Shown here: positions 46,735 through 56,472 of the stretch, in pieces | How the letters are laid out: every line of letters begins with the position of its first letter | How positions within the stretch are numbered: position 1 is the first letter of the stretch | Origin: a phage | DNA length: 64,000 nucleotides | Strand: one strand, 5' to 3' | Sequence record: OZ470804.1 | The notes under the pieces: model-generated | What the model was told of the DNA's origin: nothing | The model's database searches: none | What the model saw: only the letters and a program-made list of their open reading frames with translations | Program-made: the position numbers and the translations under genes

Positions 46735-47804
46735 TTAACCAACACCCAATCTTTTTAGGTGGTGAGAGAAAAACATTCGACTCACTTAATAAGCACTACC
46801 CAAAAATCTTTGAGCTATATAAACAACAAAAAGCACAAGACTGGTCAGAAGATGAGTTCCCTTTTGAACAATCACGTCTTGATTTTGAGAGTGTACCAGC
46901 ATCAATGTCAGGTGTAATGCTTGAGATTCTTAAGTGGCAATGGGAAGCAGATACCCAAGTTGCTAAGAGCTTAGCGTTTGCCTTTGCGCCATTCATCTCT
47001 GATGACATTTATGCAACTGCAATTATGAAGCAGTCTGAGATTGAAAACCTACATGCTCTTACTTACTCGGAGATTGTAAGACAATGTATTAAAAACCCTG
47101 AAACAATCTTAGATGAGATTAACCAGAACATTGCTGTACAAGACCGATTAAAAACTGTGAATCGCGTTCTTGAAGAATTGCTGGACGAAGGCATAAACTA
47201 TCGGCTGAGCTATGTCCGTGACTCGCTTCTGGACAAAGACCCTTTACACTTCCATAAAGTGATTCTAAAAGGTCTATTTGCAGTTACTGCACTTGAAGGT
47301 ATTTCTTTTATGGCATCCTTTGCATGTACTTTTGCACTTGATGCTCAAGATAAATTTCAAGGTATTGCTCAAGCTGTCCAGAAAATTATGCTTGACGAAA
47401 TCCTTCACACTAAAATTGATATTGAAGTTTTAAAAGAAACTCTAAGAGATGATGAGTGGCAAAAAGCTTTCCAACAAATTCTTCCAGAGATTAAAGTAAT
47501 CTTAGATGAAGTAGTTGAAAGTGAAGAAAAATGGTCGTATTATATCTTCTCCGAAGGACGTGCTGTAGTTGGGTTGAATACAAAGCTTCTTCATGAGTGG
47601 GTTTACTATAATGCTGCCCCACTGTATGATATGTTTGGCATTCCCAGAGATTTTGTAGCTCCTAAAGAACCACCTTTGAAGTATATGATTAAGAAGATGG
47701 AAATTGATAAAGAGCAGAATGCTAATCAGGAGCAACAGAACGGTGCGTATTTATTGAATACTGTTGTCGATGATTTGAATAGTGGATTTTTAGAGGTTCC
47801 TTAA
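46731..47804 (+). CDS. nrdB: ribonucleotide reductase class I beta subunit
   Basis: Start placed at MINQHPIF preceded by AAAGGAG RBS; ferritin-like segments incl. LDEILHT; between nrdA and glutaredoxin gene. Confidence 0.8.
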   Translation: MINQHPIFLGGERKTFDSLNKHYPKIFELYKQQKAQDWSEDEFPFEQSRLDFESVPASMSGVMLEILKWQWEADTQVAKSLAFAFAPFISDDIYATAIMKQSEIENLHALTYSEIVRQCIKNPETILDEINQNIAVQDRLKTVNRVLEELLDEGINYRLSYVRDSLLDKDPLHFHKVILKGLFAVTALEGISFMASFACTFALDAQDKFQGIAQAVQKIMLDEILHTKIDIEVLKETLRDDEWQKAFQQILPEIKVILDEVVESEEKWSYYIFSEGRAVVGLNTKLLHEWVYYNAAPLYDMFGIPRDFVAPKEPPLKYMIKKMEIDKEQNANQEQQNGAYLLNTVVDDLNSGFLEVP

Positions 47805-48046
47805 TGACTTATGTAATTTACTCCAAAACTGGATGCCCTCAGTGTGAGACTGCAAAGAATTTTGCAAAAGCTCGTGGTATTGACCATGTTGTGAGAATGT
47901 TAGGGCAGGATTATGAACTGTCAGACCTGATGGATATTGCACAGATGCCAGTTCGTCAGATGCCATTCATCATGAAAACTGATGGTCAAAATCTAAAACC
48001 TGTTGGAACGCTACAGAATTTTATGGCAGAGGTGAATAATGCTTAA
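47804..48046 (+). CDS. glutaredoxin/NrdH-like redoxin
   Basis: 80 aa with CPQC active site near N-terminus. Confidence 0.75.
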   Translation: MTYVIYSKTGCPQCETAKNFAKARGIDHVVRMLGQDYELSDLMDIAQMPVRQMPFIMKTDGQNLKPVGTLQNFMAEVNNA

Positions 48047-48245
48047 ACGCCTTTGGGAAGGCTTGGTTGTTGATGCACCAGCCATTGTGATTGGTATGCT
48101 TATTGTTAACCTATTTACTGATTTTGAACAAGGTTCATTGTTTGGAGCCATGTTACTATGGGTTATCTTTGAAATATTAGAGATACAGCTAGGCATCACT
48201 GAAAAACTAAGAAAACTCGTTTCAAAGTTTTCTAAAAAGATTTAA
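48039..48245 (+). CDS. small membrane protein
   Basis: 68 aa with two hydrophobic segments. Confidence 0.35.
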   Translation: MLKRLWEGLVVDAPAIVIGMLIVNLFTDFEQGSLFGAMLLWVIFEILEIQLGITEKLRKLVSKFSKKI

Positions 48246-48253
48246 AATGAAAG

Positions 48254-48274
48254 GGTCTCTTCGGAGACCTTTTT
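48254..48274 (+). terminator. rho-independent terminator
   Basis: GGTCTC-TTCG-GAGACC hairpin followed by TTTTT. Confidence 0.65.
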
Positions 48275-48293
48275 AGCATGTAAAGGGGCAATA

Positions 48294-50438
48294 ATGAACA
48301 AAGTACAGATTATTAAAAAGAATGGCTCACTTGAAGAACCTGATATCAAAAAAGTTTTAGCAGCAGTAACTAAGTCAGCTAACAGGGTTGGGTATAAAGA
48401 ACTTCCACCAGATGTTATCCAAGCTCTTGAGTCAGCATTTATGAGGATTCTGGTAAAGTCCACTAAGCAGAATAATTTGCTCATCTCGGTAAATGACATT
48501 CACAGTATTGTTGAGGGTGCTTTGGCAGAAGTCAATCACGAGATTTATGAGTCTTACTCAACATATAGAAATTACCGTAAAGAGGTTGCTCAAAATTGGG
48601 ATGAGCTTTACCAAAAGACTAAAGACACACTCTTCTTAGGTGACCGTGAAAATGCTAACTTTGACAGCAGTTTAATTTCTACAAAAGGTTCAATTATTCG
48701 TGGCTATCTGACTAAAGAAATCTTTAAACAATACCATTTAACACCAGAGGAACTCGAAGCCATTGAAAAAGGGTTTATCTACATCCATGACTTAAGAGAC
48801 CTAATTTTTGGTGGTATCAACTGTTGCCTGTTTGACATCGGTAAAGTACTGAAAGGTGGCTTTGAAATGTCTGGCATTGAATACTGTGAACCGAAGTCTG
48901 TGCTGTCAGCCTTACAGGTTATTGGTGATGTAGTTCTTTCAGCAACTGCACAGCAATTTGGTGGATTTACTTTAGCAGAGATTGATAAGGTGCTTGTACC
49001 GTATGCTAAGAAGTCTCTACGCTATCATGCTGAGAAAGCAGCATCTTACGGTATTCCTAAAGAACATTACCATAACTATGTCATGGAGCAGCTACAGATT
49101 GAATTAACTCAAGGCTTCCAGTCACTAGAGATGAAGCTAAATACTGTACCTTGTAGCCGTGGTGATTTCGCATTCACAACTTTAACATTTGGTTTACTTG
49201 ACTCAGATATGTCTAATGAAGACAACCGACTACAATACATGATTGCAAACACTATTCTTGATGTTCGCATGAATGGGCAAGGTAAGAGTAAGAAGCCCGT
49301 TGTATTCCCTAAACTGGTTTATATTCATGACCAGAAGAGACACGATGAGAATATCTGTCAAGGCCAACTGTACAGTAAAGCTATTGAGTGTTGCTCTAAA
49401 GCTATGTATCCAGATTTCTTAAGTGTATCTGGTCACGGTGCTGTAGCAGAGGCTTTTGAGCGTTCTGGCAAGGTAATTTCACCGATGGGTTGCAGAGCTT
49501 TCTTATCCCCATATCTTAACGAGAATGGAGAAGAGTTCTACGTTGGTCGTGCTAACATTGGTGCTGTATCTTTGAACTTACCAATGATTTACCAGTATTC
49601 TAAAGAGAATGGTTTAGATTTCTGGAAAGAGCTTGATAAGTACCTAGAAATGATTCGCAGCTTCCATAAGAAACGTTACGAAATGATTGCCAATATGCCA
49701 GCAAGTTCTAACCCTCTTGCATTCACACAAGGAGGATTGTACAAAGGAACTAAGAAACCTACTGACAAGGTTGGTTGGGATATCGTGAAGTCCTTCACAG
49801 CTTCTTTTGGGGTTACTGCTCTTGATGAGTTATCTGTTCTTGCTGAAGGTAAACGACTTCATGAAGTTGGAAGTTCTAGTTTTGCATACGATGTTCTAGC
49901 ATACATTAACATGAAAACTGAAGAGTTTAAGAATGAAGATGGCTTCCTGTATGCAGTATATGGCACTCCAGCAGAGTCATTGTGTGGAACTCAGCTAAAA
50001 CAGTTCAGAGATATGTTTGGTGTTATTAAAGGAGTTTCTGACAAGGAATATTTTACAAACAGTTTCCATATGAATGTTGCAGCAGATATCTCACCATTTG
50101 AGAAGCAGGACTTAGAAGAGCCATTCTTCCATATCTGTAGAGGCGGCAGAATCCAGTATGTGAGAGTAGCTAACCCAGAAAACTTACCAGCACTTAAAAG
50201 TTGTATTACAAGAGGGATGTTGAAGGGTTTTTATCAGGGACTTAACTTTGACTTAGCAATCTGTGAACATTGTGGTAACAGGCCAAAGGCTGATGTTGAA
50301 GAATGTGAGGTTTGCCATTCACATGATATCTCTGTGATTAACAGAGTGTGTGGGTATCTTGGGTGGACTAAGATTAAAGGTGAATCCCGAATGAATGATG
50401 CAAAAATTGCTGAGATTCGTGACAGGGTTTCTATGTAA
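48294..50438 (+). CDS. nrdD: anaerobic ribonucleoside-triphosphate reductase
   Basis: ATP-cone N-terminus; C-terminal CEHCG ... CEVCH zinc site and glycyl-radical motif RVCGYLG. Confidence 0.9.
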   Translation: MNKVQIIKKNGSLEEPDIKKVLAAVTKSANRVGYKELPPDVIQALESAFMRILVKSTKQNNLLISVNDIHSIVEGALAEVNHEIYESYSTYRNYRKEVAQNWDELYQKTKDTLFLGDRENANFDSSLISTKGSIIRGYLTKEIFKQYHLTPEELEAIEKGFIYIHDLRDLIFGGINCCLFDIGKVLKGGFEMSGIEYCEPKSVLSALQVIGDVVLSATAQQFGGFTLAEIDKVLVPYAKKSLRYHAEKAASYGIPKEHYHNYVMEQLQIELTQGFQSLEMKLNTVPCSRGDFAFTTLTFGLLDSDMSNEDNRLQYMIANTILDVRMNGQGKSKKPVVFPKLVYIHDQKRHDENICQGQLYSKAIECCSKAMYPDFLSVSGHGAVAEAFERSGKVISPMGCRAFLSPYLNENGEEFYVGRANIGAVSLNLPMIYQYSKENGLDFWKELDKYLEMIRSFHKKRYEMIANMPASSNPLAFTQGGLYKGTKKPTDKVGWDIVKSFTASFGVTALDELSVLAEGKRLHEVGSSSFAYDVLAYINMKTEEFKNEDGFLYAVYGTPAESLCGTQLKQFRDMFGVIKGVSDKEYFTNSFHMNVAADISPFEKQDLEEPFFHICRGGRIQYVRVANPENLPALKSCITRGMLKGFYQGLNFDLAICEHCGNRPKADVEECEVCHSHDISVINRVCGYLGWTKIKGESRMNDAKIAEIRDRVSM

Positions 50439-50592
50439 AACTTGACAAGGTGGTGTGAGTCTTGATAGGCTTACATCATCTTTTTTATTGGATGTTAGAT
50501 ATGGCAGAGAGCATCATTGGCCTGTTCATAGGTTCTGTTTTACTAGGGTTCTTTTTAGGACTCTCTTATTGTGAGTTGAGAGATAAGTTAAA

Positions 50593-50793
50593 ATGTTTAA
50601 AATATCAAAAACATTGATATACATACTCCACATTCTAATCTTCTTCTTTGGGGTTAGTGTTATGGTATGGGGTTTTTCAGACCCACAATGGAGTTTCGCA
50701 TATCATGGTCAGATGGATTTATGGTCATGCTTCAAACCATTTTTAGGGTTAGCTATAGCATTCAGTGCATTACCAACTAAGGTGAAATTATGA
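50593..50793 (+). CDS. small membrane protein
   Basis: 66 aa, two hydrophobic helices. Confidence 0.35.
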   Translation: MFKISKTLIYILHILIFFFGVSVMVWGFSDPQWSFAYHGQMDLWSCFKPFLGLAIAFSALPTKVKL

Positions 50794-51185
50794 TTAAGCT
50801 CAACCAGAAACAGTTAGAGTGGATTAAAGATTATGCCTCAGAGTGTGGCTCTTGTGAGAAGAATCACGTAAGGTACTCAACATTCCATACAGTTTTCACA
50901 TTGTATATCAGTGACAACGTTCTAAGTGATTCCGTAGAAGACGGTGTAGCGTTACCTAATGAATTACTTGACAAATTAGCTGTAGTCACTGGAACTTGGT
51001 CTGAAGAAGATGGTCATGAACTATCTGGTGATGTTGTCTTCTACACCCTTGAAAACATCATGAATCCAGAGTACATTATGCTAATGACTTGTGCACAAGA
51101 CTGTGTGCCACTACAGGACTTCATTAAAGAACACTGTGAAGAATTTATTACTAAACAGGTTCCTTGTCAGGTGGTGTTTGAATAA
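50790..51185 (+). CDS. hypothetical Cys-rich protein
   Basis: 131-aa ORF between nrdD and nrdG. Confidence 0.35.
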   Translation: MIKLNQKQLEWIKDYASECGSCEKNHVRYSTFHTVFTLYISDNVLSDSVEDGVALPNELLDKLAVVTGTWSEEDGHELSGDVVFYTLENIMNPEYIMLMTCAQDCVPLQDFIKEHCEEFITKQVPCQVVFE

Positions 51186-51220
51186 GTAAAAGGTTTAAAT
51201 AATATTGGTGAGGTAACGAG

Positions 51221-51706
51221 ATGAATTACATGGAGATTCGACCATTTGACACAGCTAATGGTGAAGGGGTTCGTGTAAGCCTCTTCGTAGCTGGCTGTAA
51301 ACATCACTGTGAAGGCTGCTTTAACAGGGAGTCTTGGAAGTTTAATGCTGGTAAAGAGTTTACTTATGCAAATCTCTACGGCATCATTAAGTTAATGGAT
51401 GATGAGGCCATCAGTGGGTTGTCAATACTTGGTGGAGAGCCTCTTGATGATAGAAACATTCAAGAGGTCACTAACATATGTAAACGTATTAAAACTGTTT
51501 ACCCAGAAAAATCTATCTGGCTCTGGACAGGTTTTCAGTTACACGAAAAAATCCACCTAGAGGTGATGAAATATGTTGACGTGGTGATTGATGGTAAGTA
51601 TGATTCTTCTAAACCAACAGTTAAACCATATCGTGGTTCTGATAACCAAAACCTCTGGAGAAAAGAGTATGGGTGGCAAGGTGACTGCCAATGGCGAGCA
51701 GAGTAG
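51221..51706 (+). CDS. nrdG: anaerobic RNR activating enzyme (radical SAM)
   Basis: CKHHCEGC (CxxxCxxC) cluster near N-terminus; 161 aa; downstream of nrdD. Confidence 0.85.
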   Translation: MNYMEIRPFDTANGEGVRVSLFVAGCKHHCEGCFNRESWKFNAGKEFTYANLYGIIKLMDDEAISGLSILGGEPLDDRNIQEVTNICKRIKTVYPEKSIWLWTGFQLHEKIHLEVMKYVDVVIDGKYDSSKPTVKPYRGSDNQNLWRKEYGWQGDCQWRAE

Positions 51707-51874
51707 TATAGCAGGGCTATACATATACAACAGTGAGTTATTAGATGAGTGGACTAAGTTTACATCTGATAACCACGGGAAGGATGGTTTAGAATCTCTT
51801 GCTTGTATAGTTGGAGCAGGTGTATTTCTAGTCTTAGATGAAAAGTTTGGAGAGTACTACAAAACAAACCTCTT

Positions 51875-52207
51875 TTGTGGAATGTGGAGAGTCGGTATTA
51901 CTCCAGAAGAGTTAATCAACTTCTGTATAAAAGTTTGAGAGATAGTGAAATGGGAATCTGGAATAGTTTTAAATCAAAAGTAAAAGCAGCATTGGCATCA
52001 TTAGGTATGCTCACTGGTGTTGATGTGACCCATCTTATGCAAAACTTCAAGATGGATGAGAATCTGGCTAATGAGATTATGAAAAGCATCTACGTAGGTC
52101 GTGGTAAAGGTGGTAAGAAACAAGCACATCGACCAACTGGTGCAGCAGCAATTAAACGTGCAGCTAAAAAAGCTCGTAACCGTAAACGTAACAAGAAGGC
52201 TAAATAA
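51875..52207 (+). CDS. hypothetical basic protein (start uncertain)
   Basis: C-terminus Lys/Arg-rich AAIKRAAKKARNRKRNKKAK. Confidence 0.3.
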   Translation: MWNVESRYYSRRVNQLLYKSLRDSEMGIWNSFKSKVKAALASLGMLTGVDVTHLMQNFKMDENLANEIMKSIYVGRGKGGKKQAHRPTGAAAIKRAAKKARNRKRNKKAK

Positions 52208-52209
52208 TC

Positions 52210-52521
52210 ATGAGCAAAGTTTATAACACTCGTAAAATTCAGATTTCTGTTCTGTGTCAGTTTATGGCTGATAAACACAATTCACATTATTGTGGCACAG
52301 GTTTCCTTACTCTTGGTGGCGGTTACATTAGCTTCAAAGAGGCTGTAAAGATGTACAATGAGCACCCTGAAGATGATAAAGAGCTGAAGCAGCTTAAACT
52401 CTCTTATGATAAGAAACGTAAGAAAATAATCTGCTTGAACAACCTTATCAAGCCAACTGAAAAGGTTTATGATGCAATTGGCGAAGAAGGTTTCTTCAAA
52501 GTATTGAAATTAGTTCAGTAA
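52210..52521 (+). CDS. hypothetical protein
   Basis: 103-aa ORF followed by terminator. Confidence 0.35.
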   Translation: MSKVYNTRKIQISVLCQFMADKHNSHYCGTGFLTLGGGYISFKEAVKMYNEHPEDDKELKQLKLSYDKKRKKIICLNNLIKPTEKVYDAIGEEGFFKVLKLVQ

Positions 52522-52534
52522 GAGTCTATGATTA

Positions 52535-52559
52535 GGGAACTGTAAAGGTTCCCTTTTTT
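52535..52559 (+). terminator. rho-independent terminator
   Basis: GGGAAC-TGTAAAG-GTTCCC hairpin followed by TTTTTT. Confidence 0.65.
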
Positions 52560-52573
52560 ATTTTGGAGATAAT

Positions 52574-53089
52574 ATGTACCTGTCAAACCTGAAACGTTCG
52601 GCTGCAATGTCAGTGTTAAGGCTCAGCTTTGAGGAACGTCAAGAGTTCATTGACTCCCACCAATACGACCCTTCTAACTCAAATCACATGATTCTCTGGA
52701 ATCGTGATAACTTCCGTGAAAGAGCACTTGTCCGTTATTACCCACACTACACAATAGATAACCTGTATGAATGGTGTGTTGTGAAGAACACTATTGCAAC
52801 ACTTAACAATCTTTGCAGGTATACAGGCAAGCAAACATTTACACTAGGTCACCACAAGCCTGTTACAAAAGGTGGTGAACATCACTGTGCAAACTGGTTT
52901 ATCCAAACTAAAGCTGATAACCAGAAGCAAGGAGATAGACTCCTAAGCATCCCTAAGATGACCTATGAAGAGCAAGAGAAATATATCAAAAATAATATGC
53001 CAGATGTGCTTGACAACAACTATACAGATTTGGCAATATCTCTCCTGTTGAAGTTTGAGACAGTTTATAGGGCAACTTACAATGGCTAA
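52574..53089 (+). CDS. HNH-like endonuclease (candidate)
   Basis: LGHHKPVTKGGEHHCANWFIQTKADNQKQGD has His/Asn spacing suggestive of an HNH nuclease. Confidence 0.4.
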   Translation: MYLSNLKRSAAMSVLRLSFEERQEFIDSHQYDPSNSNHMILWNRDNFRERALVRYYPHYTIDNLYEWCVVKNTIATLNNLCRYTGKQTFTLGHHKPVTKGGEHHCANWFIQTKADNQKQGDRLLSIPKMTYEEQEKYIKNNMPDVLDNNYTDLAISLLLKFETVYRATYNG

Positions 53090-53360
53090 AGCAGATTGGG
53101 AAATAAAAGACCTAATAAGTGATGCTGGAAATGGTTGTGAGATGTATATGATTCGTGGTCATGTACCAGACCCATTAGCTCTTGAGATGATTGACCATCA
53201 CACAAATGGATTCTACAAAGAACTAGGTGAACCAAATGTTGAACGCACTTGGACAAAACCAGTACCAGATAGCACAGGCAACTGTTCAGTCCTCTATCAC
53301 ATTGTGAATCCACAAAAATGCAAAACAGCTATGGCTGTGACATTCGTAACTTTTGATTGA
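53055..53360 (+). CDS. hypothetical protein
   Basis: 101-aa ORF; likely starts at internal MAKADWEI. Confidence 0.3.
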   Translation: MRQFIGQLTMAKADWEIKDLISDAGNGCEMYMIRGHVPDPLALEMIDHHTNGFYKELGEPNVERTWTKPVPDSTGNCSVLYHIVNPQKCKTAMAVTFVTFD

Positions 53361-53372
53361 GAGAGAAAAACT

Positions 53373-54254
53373 ATGAAAACATCTATCCGTGTTATAATTC
53401 ATTCACCGACAAAAGGGTCTCATGAAGAAGAGTTTAACATCATCCAGTTCCCTTCTGGTGAGATTGGTGGACACTTTTCACAAGAGCTTGTTGACTTTAC
53501 TGCTCACGCAGCATCATCCATCAACAATGTGATTATGATTGTAAAAGGCTATGATAAAGACACATTGTTTGCTGTGGCACTTGCTAAAGAAGCAATTGAT
53601 GATTTAGTTCCTCATGAATATGCCTTAAAGACTGTCATCTTTTACTACTTACCAAATGCACGATATGACCGTCACATGTTTAAAGGTGATGCAGCAGCTT
53701 TGAAGGTTTTTGCTAAACAGGTTAATGCAATGGGGTTTGGTGCGGTCTGTGCAGTTGACCCTCACAGTTATGTGCCAGATAACCTGTTTAACTGCTTCCA
53801 AAGTATTCCTCAAAATGAAATTGCAGTCCACTATGCAAATGACCCACTGGTTGATTACTTAGTAGCCCCAGATGCAGGTGCTTCTAAGAAGATTGCAGAG
53901 ACTGCTAAAGAGGTGGATAAACCATACATCACAATGTCTAAAGTACGTAACCTTCAGACTGGTGAAATTACTGGTATGCGAATCCTTGATGATGTGGATT
54001 TGACAGATAAAACTGTCATGATTCTTGATGATATCTGTGATGGTGGTCGAACCTTCATAGAAGCAGCTAAACATCTTCGTGAAGCAGGTGCAAAACGTGT
54101 GGAACTCTATGTAACACATGGTATCTTCTCTAAAGGTGTTGAAAACCTTCTTGACAATGGTATTGACCACATCTACACTACAAACTCTTTAGGGGAAGCT
54201 AAAGACCGTGGTTTAACACATTATGGTCAAGTTACTGTAGCAAACCTTGATTAA
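53373..54254 (+). CDS. ribose-phosphate pyrophosphokinase-like protein (PRPP synthetase family; candidate ADPR-pyrophosphokinase Adps)
   Basis: AVDPHS, VAPDAGASKK, ILDDICDGGRT and AKRVELYVTHGIFS align with PRPP synthetase motifs; binding loop reads DGGRT rather than DTGGT. Confidence 0.85.
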   Translation: MKTSIRVIIHSPTKGSHEEEFNIIQFPSGEIGGHFSQELVDFTAHAASSINNVIMIVKGYDKDTLFAVALAKEAIDDLVPHEYALKTVIFYYLPNARYDRHMFKGDAAALKVFAKQVNAMGFGAVCAVDPHSYVPDNLFNCFQSIPQNEIAVHYANDPLVDYLVAPDAGASKKIAETAKEVDKPYITMSKVRNLQTGEITGMRILDDVDLTDKTVMILDDICDGGRTFIEAAKHLREAGAKRVELYVTHGIFSKGVENLLDNGIDHIYTTNSLGEAKDRGLTHYGQVTVANLD

Positions 54255-54264
54255 AACTTTATAG

Positions 54265-54285
54265 GGGGCTTTTAAGCCCCATTTT
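54265..54285 (+). terminator. intercistronic hairpin (weak terminator/attenuator)
   Basis: GGGGCT-TTTA-AGCCCC followed by ATTTTG between the PRPS-like and NAMPT-like genes. Confidence 0.35.
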
Positions 54286-54301
54286 GAGAGAGATTAAAAA
54301 G

Positions 54302-56083
54302 ATGACTAAATCACTTTATGCAGTGCCAGCAGGTTTAAACGCAGATGCTTACAAATCTGGTCACATTTACCAGTACCCTAGTGCAACAGAGTACTTAATG
54401 TTTAACCTGACACCACGTAGTGACAAATGGTTTAACAGTCCCTTAGCAATTGATGGTGTAGTTGCTTTTGGTATTCAACGTTTTGTTAAAGATTACTTGA
54501 TAGACCACTGGAACGCCACCTTTTTTGAACGTGACAAAAAAGAAGCAATTGATGAAATCTTAGAAGTCATGAACGGTGTTCTGGGTAAAGATGCTATTGG
54601 TCGAGAGCATTGGGAAGCACTTCATGACTTGGGTTATCTACCAGTTGAAGTATACGCTGTAGAAGAAGGAACAGTTGTCCCTATGCGTGTACCAATGGTT
54701 GTCTTCCAGAACACTGTTTCAGGTTTCCATTGGGTAGCGGGGTATCTGGAAGATGCTTTCTCTGCTGAGATTTGGAAGGCTTGTACCATTGCAACTATTG
54801 CATTGCACTACAAACGTATCTGTAAGAAGTGGGCTGACCTTACTTGTGACAACGACTTGCATTTACCTTATCAGTGCCATGACTTTGCTATGCGTGGTAT
54901 GTCCGGCTTTACTGATGACGCATTTAACGCTGTAGGCCACTTAACCAGCTTTAAAGGGACTGATAGCTTCCCTGCTGTATATACAGCTAAACGCATCTAC
55001 GGTCAGTCCTACCCAATCTCTGATATTGGTAGCTCTGTACCAGCCACTGAACACTCTGTAATGTGTGCAAACATTGCTTGGGAAGGTGGTAATGAGTTGA
55101 TTGAAGAAGAAAGACGCTTCAAAGGTGAGTTACAAACCTTCCGTCGCTTCTTAACAGAAACTTACCCAACTGGTATTGCAAGTGTTGTTTCAGATACTTA
55201 TAATTTCTGGAGAACTGTATCAGTCATATTGCCAGAACTCCGTAAAGAGATTATGGAACGAAATGGCAAACTGGTAATTCGTCCTGATTCTGGAGACCCT
55301 GTACATATTGTCACAGGTTATAAAGCAATTCACTTAGAGTGTGCTAAAAAGGCTTATTATGAACACCTAAGCAAGCTGGAAGCCAGCGACACAATGTTGA
55401 ATGCTGTTCTGAACATGAAGCTTGAAAACATCAATTATGGTATTGCTGGATGGCTACTGTTAGAAGGCTATGAGATGGTTGTTGACAGAGAAGACTTTGA
55501 AGTTGCTGATACAGTGATGTTGAAAAATGCTTATATGGTTGGTTCTGCAAACGTTGTAACACGTCCTGTAGCAGAGATTGATGGAGCTATTAAGACCCTG
55601 TATAACATCTTTGGAGGGACTATTAACTCTAAAGGTTTTAAGGTACTGGATGAGCACATTGGCCTTATTTATGGCGACTCTATCACGTTGGAACGTGCAA
55701 ATGAAATACTGAAGCGTTTGTATGAAATGGGTTTTGCAAGCTCTAACGTAGTGTTTGGTGTAGGTTCTTACACTTACCAGTACATGACTCGTGACACCTT
55801 TGCATTTGCTGTCAAAGCAACCCTTGCAAGCATTGGTGGTAAAGAGATTATGCTTGCAAAAGACCCTAAAACAGATAGTGGTGTTAAGAAGTCTGCTTTT
55901 GGTGGTGTAGCACCTATGTGGGATGGTGAAAATCTGAAAGCTGTAGATGGCTATGGGTTCCAGAGCTTTGCAGATGCACTTGAACATCCAGCTTGTGCTT
56001 TACGTCTAGTCTTTAGCGACTCTGAGCAGTTCGGCTACACAACTCTTGGTGATATTCGAAATAATATTGACAAGCAGCTTTAA
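54302..56083 (+). CDS. nicotinamide phosphoribosyltransferase-like protein (NAMPT family; candidate Namat)
   Basis: DAYKSGH, HDFAMRGMSGF...FKGTDS, VPATEHS, SVVSDTYNFW, IRPDSGDP, YGDS, FGVGSYT align with NAMPT motifs recalled from memory; ~90-aa insertion between PDSG and YGDS; start at ATG 54302 (track TTG 54284). Confidence 0.9.
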   Translation: MTKSLYAVPAGLNADAYKSGHIYQYPSATEYLMFNLTPRSDKWFNSPLAIDGVVAFGIQRFVKDYLIDHWNATFFERDKKEAIDEILEVMNGVLGKDAIGREHWEALHDLGYLPVEVYAVEEGTVVPMRVPMVVFQNTVSGFHWVAGYLEDAFSAEIWKACTIATIALHYKRICKKWADLTCDNDLHLPYQCHDFAMRGMSGFTDDAFNAVGHLTSFKGTDSFPAVYTAKRIYGQSYPISDIGSSVPATEHSVMCANIAWEGGNELIEEERRFKGELQTFRRFLTETYPTGIASVVSDTYNFWRTVSVILPELRKEIMERNGKLVIRPDSGDPVHIVTGYKAIHLECAKKAYYEHLSKLEASDTMLNAVLNMKLENINYGIAGWLLLEGYEMVVDREDFEVADTVMLKNAYMVGSANVVTRPVAEIDGAIKTLYNIFGGTINSKGFKVLDEHIGLIYGDSITLERANEILKRLYEMGFASSNVVFGVGSYTYQYMTRDTFAFAVKATLASIGGKEIMLAKDPKTDSGVKKSAFGGVAPMWDGENLKAVDGYGFQSFADALEHPACALRLVFSDSEQFGYTTLGDIRNNIDKQL

Positions 56084-56098
56084 AAGTATATGATAAGA

Positions 56099-56119
56099 GG
56101 CTCCTACGGGAGCCTTTTT
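56099..56119 (+). terminator. rho-independent terminator
   Basis: GGCTCC-TAC-GGGAGCC hairpin followed by TTTTT. Confidence 0.65.
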
Positions 56120-56136
56120 AATTTCTGGAGAAGATT

Positions 56137-56472
56137 ATGAAAATCAAAGAAATGAACATCAACATTGTCTTAGAAGAACGCTGGGAGAACATCAAGAAGC
56201 CTGAAAATGGTCATAAGTTCCTCAACAAAATCTTAGTAGCAGCTAAAGAAGAACTGACTGGCAAGGTTGCAGCAGCAATCACAATAAAGGTGTGTGTAAA
56301 GGGTCTTCCAGACAATCACCAATTTGCACTTGACGAGTTTAAAGAAAGCTTCTACAATCCAAACAAACAGATGCTTGAAAGTAACTTTGCAGTGTCTACA
56401 AGTATCGTCCATGACAGAAGCTTTATCCTTTACAAGAATATGAGAGGTGAGTCATGCAAGCATATTGGATAG
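56137..56472 (+). CDS. hypothetical protein
   Basis: 111-aa ORF. Confidence 0.35.
   Translation: MKIKEMNINIVLEERWENIKKPENGHKFLNKILVAAKEELTGKVAAAITIKVCVKGLPDNHQFALDEFKESFYNPNKQMLESNFAVSTSIVHDRSFILYKNMRGESCKHIG

Noticed and set aside
51588-51938. 116-aa + strand ORF overlapping the 3' end of nrdG
   Set aside because: Overlaps the radical-SAM gene by more than 100 nt in another frame with no clear RBS; probably spurious or a mis-started downstream gene
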